Notes: generated by a model not told the origin, from the sequence alone. DNA of 64,000 nucleotides from Bdellovibrionia bacterium (GCA_030427805.1 JAUICP010000008.1:9075-73074), one strand, 5' to 3'. Shown: positions 9,016 to 18,393, counted from the stretch's first letter. Translations and numbers: made by a program.

Positions 9016-10056
9016 CTAATCCTCGAGATCCGCAAATGGAAACATCCACGAAACTAAGTAGAGACCCCCGTCTTTTGTTTCTATCAGTCGGCTGACATCG
9101 TTGAGTTGACCAAAGGGCCCTGGAATTTTTAAGGCACGTACCTTCTCTACACCCTCAATGTTTTTGATTAAAAAATCCTTATAACTATAGGCGAAAAGTC
9201 GGTCTTTAGAATCAACAAAGCAATTTGAAATTACGATATCCTTAAGACCCCACTCCTCTTTTAATGAACTAAACTTTGAATGATTGGCATCTGACCTAAA
9301 AATAGAATTTTGTTCAACACCGTACAATCGCCCTTTAGAGTCAAAATCGATCTGACTACTCGACGCCGAACCAATGGGTGTCTGCGGACGAAAACTTTCA
9401 GTTCTTCGATCAAAGACATAAACCCCATGCCATGAGGTACAGGCGAGAATTCCCTGCCCACTCATAAAGCAATGATAGATGTGGTTATAATTGCTACTCG
9501 ACTTGTCTGGGGCAATAAGAACCTTTTTAAAGCTTTTTCCACGATCCAAAGAAACGAGCAACCCAGACTCGGTTGCTAAAAAATAATTTTTCTGAGAGTC
9601 CACCAGAACACTATTAAAATGTTCTTTCAAAAGACCCTGGGCCTGCATTAATGAAAAGCTCTTCCCTTGATCTCTAGATACATAAACGCCTTTCGAACTG
9701 GCGATATAGATATGCCCCTCTCCGTCAATGAACAGGTCATTCAAATCCCTCGTCGCAAACTGATCAATTTTATAGAGTCGGTTCAATTGAGAGTTTTGGT
9801 CTTTTAAAACAGAGACACCCTCCGTCGTTAAAAAGTAAAACTGACCATTGGGTGCGACTTCGACATCATGAACATACTCACCACGACTTAGGTCGGGCCC
9901 GTTTTTTTCGAGTACAAATTCTCCTGACTTTTCATCGAAACGACTCATCATCAATCGACGGAGATTTTTTTGTTTCACTTTCACTTCCTTTGCGTCCGTG
10001 GGAGTCACTTCAATTGATATCAAACCGATGAGTAAAAAAAATAAAACTAATTTCAT
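9016..10056 (-). CDS. Secreted beta-propeller-like protein with BNR/Asp-box-like repeats
   Basis: The signal peptide is MKLVLFFLLIGLISIEV. Recurrent SRDQGKSF / SLDRGKSF motifs resemble Asp-boxes (S-x-D-x-G-x-x-F/W). Confidence 0.5.
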   Translation of the reverse strand: MKLVLFFLLIGLISIEVTPTDAKEVKVKQKNLRRLMMSRFDEKSGEFVLEKNGPDLSRGEYVHDVEVAPNGQFYFLTTEGVSVLKDQNSQLNRLYKIDQFATRDLNDLFIDGEGHIYIASSKGVYVSRDQGKSFSLMQAQGLLKEHFNSVLVDSQKNYFLATESGLLVSLDRGKSFKKVLIAPDKSSSNYNHIYHCFMSGQGILACTSWHGVYVFDRRTESFRPQTPIGSASSSQIDFDSKGRLYGVEQNSIFRSDANHSKFSSLKEEWGLKDIVISNCFVDSKDRLFAYSYKDFLIKNIEGVEKVRALKIPGPFGQLNDVSRLIETKDGGLYLVSWMFPFADLED

Positions 10057-10148
10057 GATCTCACTCGACCTTTCTGAAGATTCATATCAGAATGTTCATG
10101 GCAGATTTGGCAGAATTTTGGGAAATTTCTTTTTTTCATCGAGGAATC

Positions 10149-10625
10149 ATGGGCAACAAAAAGCGTTTAAAATCCCCTCTAGACTACCCCGTAACTATAA
10201 AAAAACATACAGATTTTATCGTTTTCCAGGTCCCTGATCTGGGCATTACAATTGTCGAAGAAGCACCCCAGGGAAACAAGATCACACCCAAGTTTATAAA
10301 CAAGATTTCCAAGACTTTGGCCAAGACCTGGCTCAAGTCTTCTGAAAAACTCCATCAATTTCAACTGGCAGACAAGAAGCCTCCCGAACCGAGCCGACAA
10401 CGGCGCCCGATCGAAGAGCGAGAAGAAAAACTCTACACCACCCCCCAGGTCGCAGAACATTTAGGAGTTTCAGAGAATACAGTAAGGCGCCTCGTAAAGC
10501 GCGGCGAATTGGAATGTATTAAAACTTCTGGCAAGCATAGAAGGTTTTCTGAACTTCAAGTGCAAAAGTACGTGAAGCGCCAACGTGAAGCCGTCGAAGC
10601 GGTTCCACTGAGCGAACCGCTTTGA
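10149..10625 (+). CDS. DNA-binding protein: HicB-like N-terminal fold plus C-terminal excisionase/MerR-type HTH
   Basis: YPVTIKKHTDFIVFQVPDLGITIVEEAP resembles HicB antitoxins. LYTTPQVAEHLGVSENTVRRLVKRGEL is an excisionase-family HTH. I chose the ATG at 10149 (AGGA upstream) over the track start at 10092. Confidence 0.55.
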   Translation: MGNKKRLKSPLDYPVTIKKHTDFIVFQVPDLGITIVEEAPQGNKITPKFINKISKTLAKTWLKSSEKLHQFQLADKKPPEPSRQRRPIEEREEKLYTTPQVAEHLGVSENTVRRLVKRGELECIKTSGKHRRFSELQVQKYVKRQREAVEAVPLSEPL

Positions 10626-10686
10626 AAGATTCATATTCATTCGTATCAGTTGAAATGATTAAGGCGAGACACGACTTTTGTCTTGC

Positions 10687-11415
10687 TTAGTTTTCGTTGG
10701 CTGGATTAACCGTCCGATCGCCGGCACCATTTTCACCATTTTGACCGAGAACCACTTCGTTAATGAAGGTTGCGCAAGCAGAGCCCGCAGAAAGCGAATT
10801 ACGGTTCGCAAATAGCGTGAGGGGTGAAGCGCCAGGGTCACCGAGCCCAAGTCTCTGTGCCTCATTGTCGCAGCTCTGACGGCGAGCTGGATCATTGTTT
10901 ATTCCACTGAGTTGACCAAAGGCTGCCATAATTTCTCTTCGGTTCTCTTCATAGCCTTGCTCTCGACCATACTCTGAGTCGCCGAGAGGGTTGTCCGACC
11001 ATGAAAAGCCCATGTCTTTGAGCAGTGAGCGTTGATGCTCCAGGGCCTCTGCACTCATGGCAATTTCTTGCTGTAAACCTACAGCCGCGGGACAGAAAAA
11101 AGTAAGGGCTTCGACATTATCGCTGGTTAATGCACTATCGTAATAACTACGAACTCGATCATCGTCTGTGTTGTCCGCCAACTCAGCTCCTTCGATTCGC
11201 CGTGCTTGGATTACTTCATTCAAAAGGAGTTCTAATTGCAGTCTCAAGAGTCGTTGCTCTTCTTCGCTAGTTTGTGCATTGGGGTCCTCGCTAGGACATG
11301 GCACCTGGCCTCCGGCAAATTGGTGAGTATTATTACTCGGCTCAGCCATCGATATATTTGGAATTGATAGAATCAATAGAATAAAAGCTAAAGGGTATAA
11401 CCCACTCATAAGCAT
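10687..11415 (-). CDS. Secreted hypothetical protein
   Basis: There is a signal peptide (LAFILLILSIPNISMA). No family was recognised. Confidence 0.45.
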   Translation of the reverse strand: MLMSGLYPLAFILLILSIPNISMAEPSNNTHQFAGGQVPCPSEDPNAQTSEEEQRLLRLQLELLLNEVIQARRIEGAELADNTDDDRVRSYYDSALTSDNVEALTFFCPAAVGLQQEIAMSAEALEHQRSLLKDMGFSWSDNPLGDSEYGREQGYEENRREIMAAFGQLSGINNDPARRQSCDNEAQRLGLGDPGASPLTLFANRNSLSAGSACATFINEVVLGQNGENGAGDRTVNPANEN

Positions 11416-11625
11416 CTCCTTGCCCGCTATAATTAAATTCTAGCAAAAGGAGAACGATCTCAGACTGACCCGTCTCAATTTGAAGCAGTAATTTTTGAAA
11501 ATCGAAACAATTTTTGTAATCGCTGAAAAACATTTCGACAGGCTAAAACTTGATATTCACCATGAAATGGCTATTTCTAGCTCCATTAGGCGAATTGTCC
11601 CGAAGTCCAACTCAACCCAAACCCC

Positions 11626-13602
11626 TTAAGACTCCCCTGTCCCACTCAGGATTTCGTTCTTCTTATCGGGCCAGATGTTATCGCTGTACCACTGTTTAAG
11701 AAGTCGATTCTGATTTTCTGAACCTGACTCAACGATTGTTGTGGGCGGTGCGTACTGATCACGCTGAGCACTAGTAAGACCTTCAAGCCAATCACTGAAT
11801 TCCATATCCAAGGCCCGCTTTTCTAGCTCAAGCCTTCTCTTTTTAGCTTCTTCTTTACGCTTGAGGAAGGCTTCAAGAATTTCATCTTCTTCGCTTTTAA
11901 TGTCAGAAAGCACGTCCTCACCTCGAGCTAAACTCTGAACCATCTTTATGAAAAGAGCGGCCTTGTTTCTGACATTGGCAATATTACTCGGGTTAGAAGC
12001 ATAAATAGAAAATCGAGATATAAAGTCTTCTAGTTGCGACTGGCTGACTTGCAACTTTTGGTTTTCGATATCACGCAAATGCTTAGTGGTAATTCCCAAG
12101 TGTTCTATTGCGGTGATTGAGACATCACTGAAATCAGGCTTAGCCGACTCACTTGGTTGTTCCCGGTTTCCTTCCCTAGTAGTTAGTATATTATTACTAA
12201 CTAACTTACTAGAGGGGGTTGACCCTAGTTTTGACCCTAGTTCTGAACCTAGTTTGTTCCCAGTTAATGTGCCCGGTTTGTTCCCAGTATCTAGACTTCC
12301 CTTCTGGTGAAAGAGAAGTTTTGAATAGGCAGCAAGCACCATTGGTGGGATTCCCAAGTATCTGCGGGCGGCAGGTCCCCCCATTCTCAGAGTATTGTTC
12401 ACTACCAAGTTCCTCTTCTTAAGGCGCTTGAGTGTGGTTTTTAACGTTTCAACGTGGATCTCTAGTGACTGGGCTACAAAACTATAGGTTGTTTCAAAAG
12501 GCTCTTGATTGTTCTGGAAACACCTTTCAGCTATATATCTGAAACATCTTTCAGCGTGGCCAGAGAGACTTAATATCTGTTGTTCGAGGTAGAAATTCTC
12601 CTCATTAAGATTCTCTGAAAGGGGCTTCTGTGGCGCCTTTTGAACCGGGTTAATGTTCCCAGTTTGTACTCGGTTTTTGTCCCAGTTTTGACCCCAGTTT
12701 TGAACCTGGTTTGTTCCGGGAACATTCCCAGTTTGTTCCGGGTTTGTTCCTGCTTTTGTACCCTGTTCGTTCCTAGTATTGTTCCCAGTTTGTACCGAGT
12801 CTGTACCTAGTTTGTTCCCAGTTACTTGGTCCCGTATATTTTGATCATTATTTTTATCAGGGATTTCATTGACAGACTCCCCGATTTTTAAATCTCTAAT
12901 TTTCTCTGGAAAAGGCTCTTTATCCTGTACCTGGTTATTGTTCCCAGTTTGTTCCCGGTTAGATGGGGTAGGTAGATCCTTTTCTTGGATGTATTTCTGA
13001 GCAAGCTCCTTCTCTTTAGAAGGCTTATTATGTACCTGGTTTGTACTCGGTTGCTGTTCCCGGTTTGTGCCTAGTTTTTGTTCCGAGTTAGCGCCTGCTT
13101 TATCGGCCACTGTACTTGTGGGCTTACTGCCCTTTTTACTATGAGCTTTGCTTTTGGGGGATTTGTTCCCGGTTTGTTCCGAGTTACTGTTCTCAGTTTT
13201 TGTACTTAGATTATGTACCTGGTTTGTACTCGGTTGCTGTTCCCGGTTTGTACCTAGTTTTTGTTCCTGGTTCTTGTCCTGGTCTTTTTGCTGAGAGCCT
13301 GGGTCACCAACTTGGTTTGTACCTAGTTTTTGTTCCTGGTTTGTGTTCCTGGTTTGTTCCGGGTTAGAACTGGGTACACTTGGTCCTGCCTCACGAGCTT
13401 TGTCCAGGCTAGATTTGCCCTTGTCAGAGGTAGGGGTATCATCTGCGGCCTTCACAGGCGCATCTGCTTCCTCTGCTGGGTTCTCTGTGTTTTCTTGATC
13501 GCCCTTCTGAACGGTACCCAAAATATCATCCATCGACGCCCATGCTTTGCGTCGACGCTTTCTTTTGAGTCCTTCTTTTTTGGGGCCTTCAAAACGCGGC
13601 AT
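11626..13602 (-). CDS. ParA-operon partner: low-complexity Q/N/T/G-rich protein with a central winged-helix-like DNA-binding segment
   Basis: The start lies 20 nt downstream of the parA stop. The N-terminus is basic (KRKRRRK). The central segment YSFVAQSLEIHVETLKTTLKRLKKRNLVV looks wHTH-like and the C-terminus looks coiled-coil. The coding DNA is full of GTTTGT[T/A]CC repeats. Confidence 0.6.
   Translation of the reverse strand: MPRFEGPKKEGLKRKRRRKAWASMDDILGTVQKGDQENTENPAEEADAPVKAADDTPTSDKGKSSLDKAREAGPSVPSSNPEQTRNTNQEQKLGTNQVGDPGSQQKDQDKNQEQKLGTNREQQPSTNQVHNLSTKTENSNSEQTGNKSPKSKAHSKKGSKPTSTVADKAGANSEQKLGTNREQQPSTNQVHNKPSKEKELAQKYIQEKDLPTPSNREQTGNNNQVQDKEPFPEKIRDLKIGESVNEIPDKNNDQNIRDQVTGNKLGTDSVQTGNNTRNEQGTKAGTNPEQTGNVPGTNQVQNWGQNWDKNRVQTGNINPVQKAPQKPLSENLNEENFYLEQQILSLSGHAERCFRYIAERCFQNNQEPFETTYSFVAQSLEIHVETLKTTLKRLKKRNLVVNNTLRMGGPAARRYLGIPPMVLAAYSKLLFHQKGSLDTGNKPGTLTGNKLGSELGSKLGSTPSSKLVSNNILTTREGNREQPSESAKPDFSDVSITAIEHLGITTKHLRDIENQKLQVSQSQLEDFISRFSIYASNPSNIANVRNKAALFIKMVQSLARGEDVLSDIKSEEDEILEAFLKRKEEAKKRRLELEKRALDMEFSDWLEGLTSAQRDQYAPPTTIVESGSENQNRLLKQWYSDNIWPDKKNEILSGTGES
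13028..13267. repeat. 57-bp duplication inside the CDS (13028-13084 and 13211-13267, 1 mismatch), encoding SEQKLGTNREQQPSTNQVHN twice
   Basis: TTATGTACCTGGTTTGTACTCGGTTGCTGTTCCCGGTTTGT(G/A)CCTAGTTTTTGTTCC was read at both positions. Confidence 0.85.
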
Positions 13603-13622
13603 TAAAGTCCAGTCCTATACAG

Positions 13623-14639
13623 CTAAATCATTGGGTCTTGCTGACCAAGAACAGGGGAGTCCATTCCCGCAGAATTCATTCCTTCAGTTTTTTGTTTCTT
13701 CATCGATAGAGCTCCGTCCAAGTCGAGCACCTCACGAGTCAGTAAGTCGATATCCATTTTTGCCGAAGAATCTCTGAGATTATCAAAGAGAGTCACAAGG
13801 CTCGCATTAGCATTGGGTATCTGCTGATTGGTCCCTACATAACTCTTGTAGAGTAGGGGGCCAAAAACTTCGTGTTTGATGAGCATTTCAAGTGTGTCGT
13901 GAGATAAGCTGGTTCGCTTATCAAATTTATTGAGCACAATTCCAATAGGTATTTGCTGGTCGAAATCACTTCCGATGCGGGAGACTTCCTCATAGGTAAA
14001 TTGTAGACCTTTTAGGGCGTTTCGATCGGGATCAACAACCGCAATAACCTTATCCGCGGCCAAAGCTGCGGCCGCATTATTGGAGCCTAGAGCAGGCGGG
14101 CAGTCGAGGACAATTAAATCATAGTCCTCTTCGACGCTGGCCAACCTTTGTGAATAAACTCGGTCCAATCGAATCTTTTTAATCGTTAGGGTGTTCTCAA
14201 GAAGAGCATTGTCCAAATTACTTGGCACAAGGTCTAAGCCTGGAAGAACCGAGACGATAAGATCTTTGAAGTGGACTGTCGGATCTGTAATTGAGTCGAT
14301 GAGGCAAGCGTGCTCATCTCCATCGACGCCGAGAAGATCTGTTAAGTTCCCTTGCTGATCGAGATCAACGCAAAGAACGCGCAATCCATATAAGCTCGCT
14401 CGAATTGCAAAGTTGAGAGCAATAGCGGTTTTGCCAGTCCCTCCCTTTACAATTTGGAAGGCAATCTTCTTTCGCTTGATCGGCAAGTCAAAGATTGTGC
14501 GTGCTGTGTCGTGCCCAAAGTAAAGACGGTTCGCGCTCTTGCGATAATCAACCTCTTTACTTTTTAGGGTTTTGTTTATGGCCTGCAAACTGACGCCTAA
14601 AAAATCGGCGGCATCTTTAGCGGTCATTTTTGGTTCCAT
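13623..14639 (-). CDS. parA: ParA/Soj-family ATPase with an N-terminal HTH extension
   Basis: The deviant Walker A motif is FQIVKGGTGKTAIALNFA, followed by VLCVDLDQQGN. The N-terminal MTAKDAADFLGVSLQAINKTLK is HTH-like. Confidence 0.85.
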   Translation of the reverse strand: MEPKMTAKDAADFLGVSLQAINKTLKSKEVDYRKSANRLYFGHDTARTIFDLPIKRKKIAFQIVKGGTGKTAIALNFAIRASLYGLRVLCVDLDQQGNLTDLLGVDGDEHACLIDSITDPTVHFKDLIVSVLPGLDLVPSNLDNALLENTLTIKKIRLDRVYSQRLASVEEDYDLIVLDCPPALGSNNAAAALAADKVIAVVDPDRNALKGLQFTYEEVSRIGSDFDQQIPIGIVLNKFDKRTSLSHDTLEMLIKHEVFGPLLYKSYVGTNQQIPNANASLVTLFDNLRDSSAKMDIDLLTREVLDLDGALSMKKQKTEGMNSAGMDSPVLGQQDPMI

Positions 14640-14879
14640 GATAAAACCTCTGTTTAAGTTTGGACCTGTTTTTCGTGATTAACTTCAACCACCATGATTA
14701 GATCAAAAAACTCAATGATGTCCAAGATAAAATAAAAAAATAGTGAATAGAGTTTGGGTGGTGAATCTCAAGAGGTTTGCTTAAATGTTAAGCTTCTCTG
14801 ATTTTGAATTATAAAAGCTGACTTATCAAGCAGTGCTGAAAGTGTTGGCAATCGCAAAGCTGAAGTTCAGATATCAAGA

Positions 14880-15893
14880 TTAGAATTTATTCTTTTTAAA
14901 GTCTTCGGCAAAATCGAGGGCGAAGTAAGAAAGTATAATATCTGCGCCGGCTCGTTTAATTGAAAGAAGCATTTCGTCTCGAGCGGCTTGCTCGGTGATC
15001 GCGCCTGCCTTTGCAGCAAACTTGATCATGGCATATTCACCACTCACGTTATAGGCGGCAACGGGAACCGTAAATTTACGTTTCACATCTGAAATAACAT
15101 CAAGGTAACTCAATGCCGGTTTGACCATAACCATGTCAGCACCTTCGCGAACATCGAGCAGTACTTCTCGCAATGCTTCCCTTCGGTTAGCCGGATCCAT
15201 CTGATAGGTTTTTTTATCACCAGACTTTGGTGCAGATTCAAGGGCATCTCTGAAGGGTCCATAGAAGCTGCTGGCATATTTCGCAGAGTAGGCGAGGATT
15301 CCAACTTCACTAAAGCCATTTTCATCCAATGTTTCCCGAAGAACTTTGACTCTGCCATCCATCATGTCAGAAGGTGCAACAATGTCTGCGCCCGCTTGAG
15401 CTTGGGTGAGAGCCATTTCTGATAAAACTTTAAGAGTGGGGTCATTGAGTATTTGTCCCTGATGAACGATGCCGTCGTGGCCATCACTGGAATAGGGGTC
15501 CATTGCGACATCTGTTATGACGGTGAGATCCGGTACGGAATTTTTAATTTCCATGACGGTAGAGGGTAGAAGGCCCTCTAAATTTGTGGACTCTCTAGCA
15601 AAGCTATCTTTAAGTTGGTCTTCTACTGCCGGAAAGAGGGCGACTCCGGGTATGCCTAAGTCATGGGCCTTTTTACATTGTTCGAGTATCTGGTCCGTTG
15701 AATAGCGAAATTGGCCCGGCATCGAGCGGATTTCTTCTTTTCGATTCTTTCCTTCAATGACAAAAAGAGGAAGGATGAAATCTTTTGGATTCAGGTAGGT
15801 CTCTCGAACCATATCTCGTACACTTTTTGTTTTTCGGTTTCGGCGCGGGCGGTGTCGCAGAGAATAGGTTTTACCGAGTAAATCTTTTTCCAT
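14880..15893 (-). CDS. hemB: Porphobilinogen synthase (delta-aminolevulinate dehydratase), Asp-rich (Mg-type) metal site
   Basis: Full-length similarity is recognisable: RHRPRRNRKT, LPLFVIEG, and MVKPALSYLD with the Schiff-base lysine. DVAMDPYSSDGHDG replaces the Cys-rich Zn site. Confidence 0.95.
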   Translation of the reverse strand: MEKDLLGKTYSLRHRPRRNRKTKSVRDMVRETYLNPKDFILPLFVIEGKNRKEEIRSMPGQFRYSTDQILEQCKKAHDLGIPGVALFPAVEDQLKDSFARESTNLEGLLPSTVMEIKNSVPDLTVITDVAMDPYSSDGHDGIVHQGQILNDPTLKVLSEMALTQAQAGADIVAPSDMMDGRVKVLRETLDENGFSEVGILAYSAKYASSFYGPFRDALESAPKSGDKKTYQMDPANRREALREVLLDVREGADMVMVKPALSYLDVISDVKRKFTVPVAAYNVSGEYAMIKFAAKAGAITEQAARDEMLLSIKRAGADIILSYFALDFAEDFKKNKF

Positions 15894-16254
15894 AGTTTCC
15901 TCTTTCTATTTATTTAGAACTATGTTGAAAGGCGAAGGAAGTCCAGACTTCGAATACGTCTATATATATAGACAAAATTGCCTCTATCCATTGGCTAAAA
16001 TTGAAATCTAGTTATCACAAAGAAAACTTCAGTTGGAGCTTTATCAAGTGGGGTCATCCCGTCGGTAAACACTGAAGATAGTTGTGGCGCGTCATGCCCC
16101 ATGGCGGGGTCGATAAAGGTCTTAATAGTTGGTTGGGAAGTCCAGGTCTTCGTCTCCCAGAAGATGCTGAATTCTCTTTGAGAGGGGCTAACAGAACCCT
16201 GACTTGTTCAAGCCCCATCTGCCCTTAGACTGAGCCTATATCGAGGGGGGTCAA

Positions 16255-17079
16255 ATGCTCTTAGGTCTTGATTACGAATCGAATCGGCAACTCGCCATCA
16301 ACGATCATGAATTTGCGCCACACATACCTCTTCTCATTCAATGTGGTCGTTACACAATAAAAACCATTTCATCCCGGCGGGAGCTCCATGAAGTTTTTCA
16401 ATTTCGCCACGAGGTCTTCTACGAGGAGTTGATGGCAAAAGGGCAAAAGGGCATGGATTACGACTATCTTGATGAGGAGTGTGATCACCTAATTATCATC
16501 GATGATTCTAAAGGAAAAATTATTGCGAACTATCGTCTTCTTTCTTCGAGATTTTGCTCCCAGTTTTACTCTGAAAACGAATTTAATATTTCAAAATTTT
16601 TGCGCTTGCCAGGTCATAAGCTTGAAATGGGGCGGGCCTGTGTTCACAAGGACTACCGAAAAGGCCCCGTGGTACACCTCCTGTGGCGTGGTGTCGCAGA
16701 GTATTTGAAGCGCACTGAGACGGAGTATCTCTTCGGGTGTGCAAGCCTCCGCTATCTGGATTCTCTGCAAGTTGCGGTGGTCTGCGAGTATTTGCAGCGA
16801 AACAATCATATTAGTAAAGACTATGGCATTAGGCTTTTAGAGGGTCTTGAAATACCGGGCCTGAGCCGAAAGAAAGAGTTCGTGAGTCGCTCCTGGGGAG
16901 TTTTCCTCGAGGACAAGGTCAATGAGCTTATGAACCCTTTGTTTCGCAGTTATCTCAAAGTTGGCTCTGTTTTATATGAGAATCCCGCATGGGATAAAAA
17001 GTTGAAATCAGTTGACTTCTTCACGGTACTTAAGATTAAAGAGATGAACCCAGCATTTGCGAGAAGGTATGGTTTATGA
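16255..17079 (+). CDS. olsB: GNAT-type N-acyltransferase (OlsB-like lyso-aminolipid synthase)
   Basis: FQFRHEVFYEEL...DEECDHLII...YRLLSS...FYSENEF...LEMGRACVHKDYRKG matches the OlsB / Acetyltransf_5 pattern. An ATGA overlap couples it to the next gene. Confidence 0.7.
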   Translation: MLLGLDYESNRQLAINDHEFAPHIPLLIQCGRYTIKTISSRRELHEVFQFRHEVFYEELMAKGQKGMDYDYLDEECDHLIIIDDSKGKIIANYRLLSSRFCSQFYSENEFNISKFLRLPGHKLEMGRACVHKDYRKGPVVHLLWRGVAEYLKRTETEYLFGCASLRYLDSLQVAVVCEYLQRNNHISKDYGIRLLEGLEIPGLSRKKEFVSRSWGVFLEDKVNELMNPLFRSYLKVGSVLYENPAWDKKLKSVDFFTVLKIKEMNPAFARRYGL

Positions 17080-17936
17080 AATGGCGTATTAAAGCCACAG
17101 TGATGTTGTCTCTGATCCTTCTGTATCTGATTACAGCACTTCCGGTGCAAATATTCGTTTGGGGAGAGAAGCTCAAAAGACAGATCATGTTTGGCTATAT
17201 GAAGTTCTATTCGAGAATTGCCGTTTGGTTGCTCGGAGTAGAAATCAAAGTCGAAGGCGAAATTCCAAGTAAAAATGTGGCCGCTCTCTATGTGAGCAAT
17301 CACATGTCCTATTTGGATATTATAATTTTTGCTGCCGTTAGTCCCTCTATATATATCACTTCAGTTGAGGTGGGTGACTCCCACGGACTGGGCTGGATCT
17401 CTAAATTGGCATCTTGTATTTTTGTGGAGCGACGGGATCGTTCTAATGTCGATAATGAAATTAAAGAAGTCGAAAGACACTTCTCCATGGGGCTACCTGT
17501 GGGTCTCTGCCCTGAGGGAACCTCCACTAACGGCAAAGAAATTCTAAAATTCAAAAGAACCTTCTTTGATCCTGCCATTAATACTCAAACTCCGGTATTG
17601 CCGATGTGCTTGCGCTACACAAAAATTGACGGTGTCGAGTTTAGCGAAAAGAATGCCGATAAAGTTTGCTGGTATGGTAAGATGACCTTTATGCCTCACT
17701 TCAATAACTTGATGAAGGTTAATCGGATTGAAGCGACTCTTTCGTTTTTACCAAAAGTAGAAATTCGCCCTGATCACGATCGTCGCTCTTTGGCCGATGA
17801 ATGCCACGATATCATCGAAGACCGATATTTCGATAAATCAGAGTCCGTAGAAGCTCTCGTGAAATCGGGTATGGCCTGTGGCGTAGCTACAGAAGCTCCT
17901 TCAAATGAGCGCCCAAGTGTTTCTCCGTCATTGTAG
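17076..17936 (+). CDS. olsA: Lysophospholipid/lyso-aminolipid O-acyltransferase (PlsC family, OlsA-like)
   Basis: The HX4D motif is VSNHMSYLDI and there is a CPEGTSTNG block. There is an N-terminal TM segment. The gene is translationally coupled to the olsB-like gene. Confidence 0.7.
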   Translation: MKWRIKATVMLSLILLYLITALPVQIFVWGEKLKRQIMFGYMKFYSRIAVWLLGVEIKVEGEIPSKNVAALYVSNHMSYLDIIIFAAVSPSIYITSVEVGDSHGLGWISKLASCIFVERRDRSNVDNEIKEVERHFSMGLPVGLCPEGTSTNGKEILKFKRTFFDPAINTQTPVLPMCLRYTKIDGVEFSEKNADKVCWYGKMTFMPHFNNLMKVNRIEATLSFLPKVEIRPDHDRRSLADECHDIIEDRYFDKSESVEALVKSGMACGVATEAPSNERPSVSPSL

Positions 17937-17982
17937 CTTAATGGCTATGGTTTCAAACGAGGAACTGTGCTATTAAAAGTTC

Positions 17983-18393
17983 ATGGTTGAAAAAGTCAAA
18001 GAGGTGTTTAATCGCCTTTCTATTCACAGTCTTGAATTAATAGACACCATATATGCCGATGACGTTATCTTTATCGATCCTTTTCAGAAAATTCAGGGTC
18101 GTGATGCGCTTAAAGAGTATTTTAAAAAAACTTACTCGGGTGTCGAATACTCAAACTTTCAGTTTAAAGAAGAGTTTCCCAAAGAGACCGAGGCGGTTTT
18201 GCTCTGGAATATGCAATTTAGGCATAAGTGGTTAAAACGCGGGGAATTGATTGAGGTTGAAGGTTCGAGTCATCTTAAGTGGACGATTGAGGGCCTGATT
18301 TATCATCGAGACTATGTCGATTCGAGTGATCTCGTTTTTGAGAACGTTCCCGGATTGGGCCGTATCTTTAGGGGCCTCAAGTCATTTATTTAG
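17983..18393 (+). CDS. SnoaL/NTF2-like small protein
   Basis: The size (136 aa) and the pattern LIDTIYADDVIFIDPF...G.DALKEYF are typical of the SnoaL-like fold. Confidence 0.45.
   Translation: MVEKVKEVFNRLSIHSLELIDTIYADDVIFIDPFQKIQGRDALKEYFKKTYSGVEYSNFQFKEEFPKETEAVLLWNMQFRHKWLKRGELIEVEGSSHLKWTIEGLIYHRDYVDSSDLVFENVPGLGRIFRGLKSFI

Noticed and set aside
12200-13400. Dense short repeats could suggest a CRISPR array or an intergenic iteron field.
   Set aside because: The repeats are 9-12 bp long, irregularly spaced, have no unique spacers of uniform length, and lie inside one long open reading frame. There are no cas genes. I treated them as intragenic repeats instead.
12086-13605. Plus-strand track ORFs (12086-12310, 12219-12422, 13116-13367, 13330-13605).
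   Set aside because: They are antisense to the 658-aa CDS and are made of the same low-complexity repeat, giving Val/Pro/Gly/Leu-rich nonsense. They have no ribosome-binding sites, so they are shadow ORFs.
16137-16200. GGAAGTCCAGG and ACAGAACCCTGACTT resemble the two universally conserved RNase P RNA segments (GGAAAGUCCGG and ACAGAACCCGGCUUA).
   Set aside because: They are only about 55 nt apart, whereas in bacterial RNase P RNA they are separated by roughly 300 nt of conserved structure. None of the intervening helices are present. I kept the region only as an unclassified structured leader.
16094-16234. A 46-codon ORF (MPHGGVDKGLNSW...) in the hemB/olsB spacer.
   Set aside because: There is no ribosome-binding site. 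The composition follows the GC-rich stems, and RNA structure explains the region more simply.
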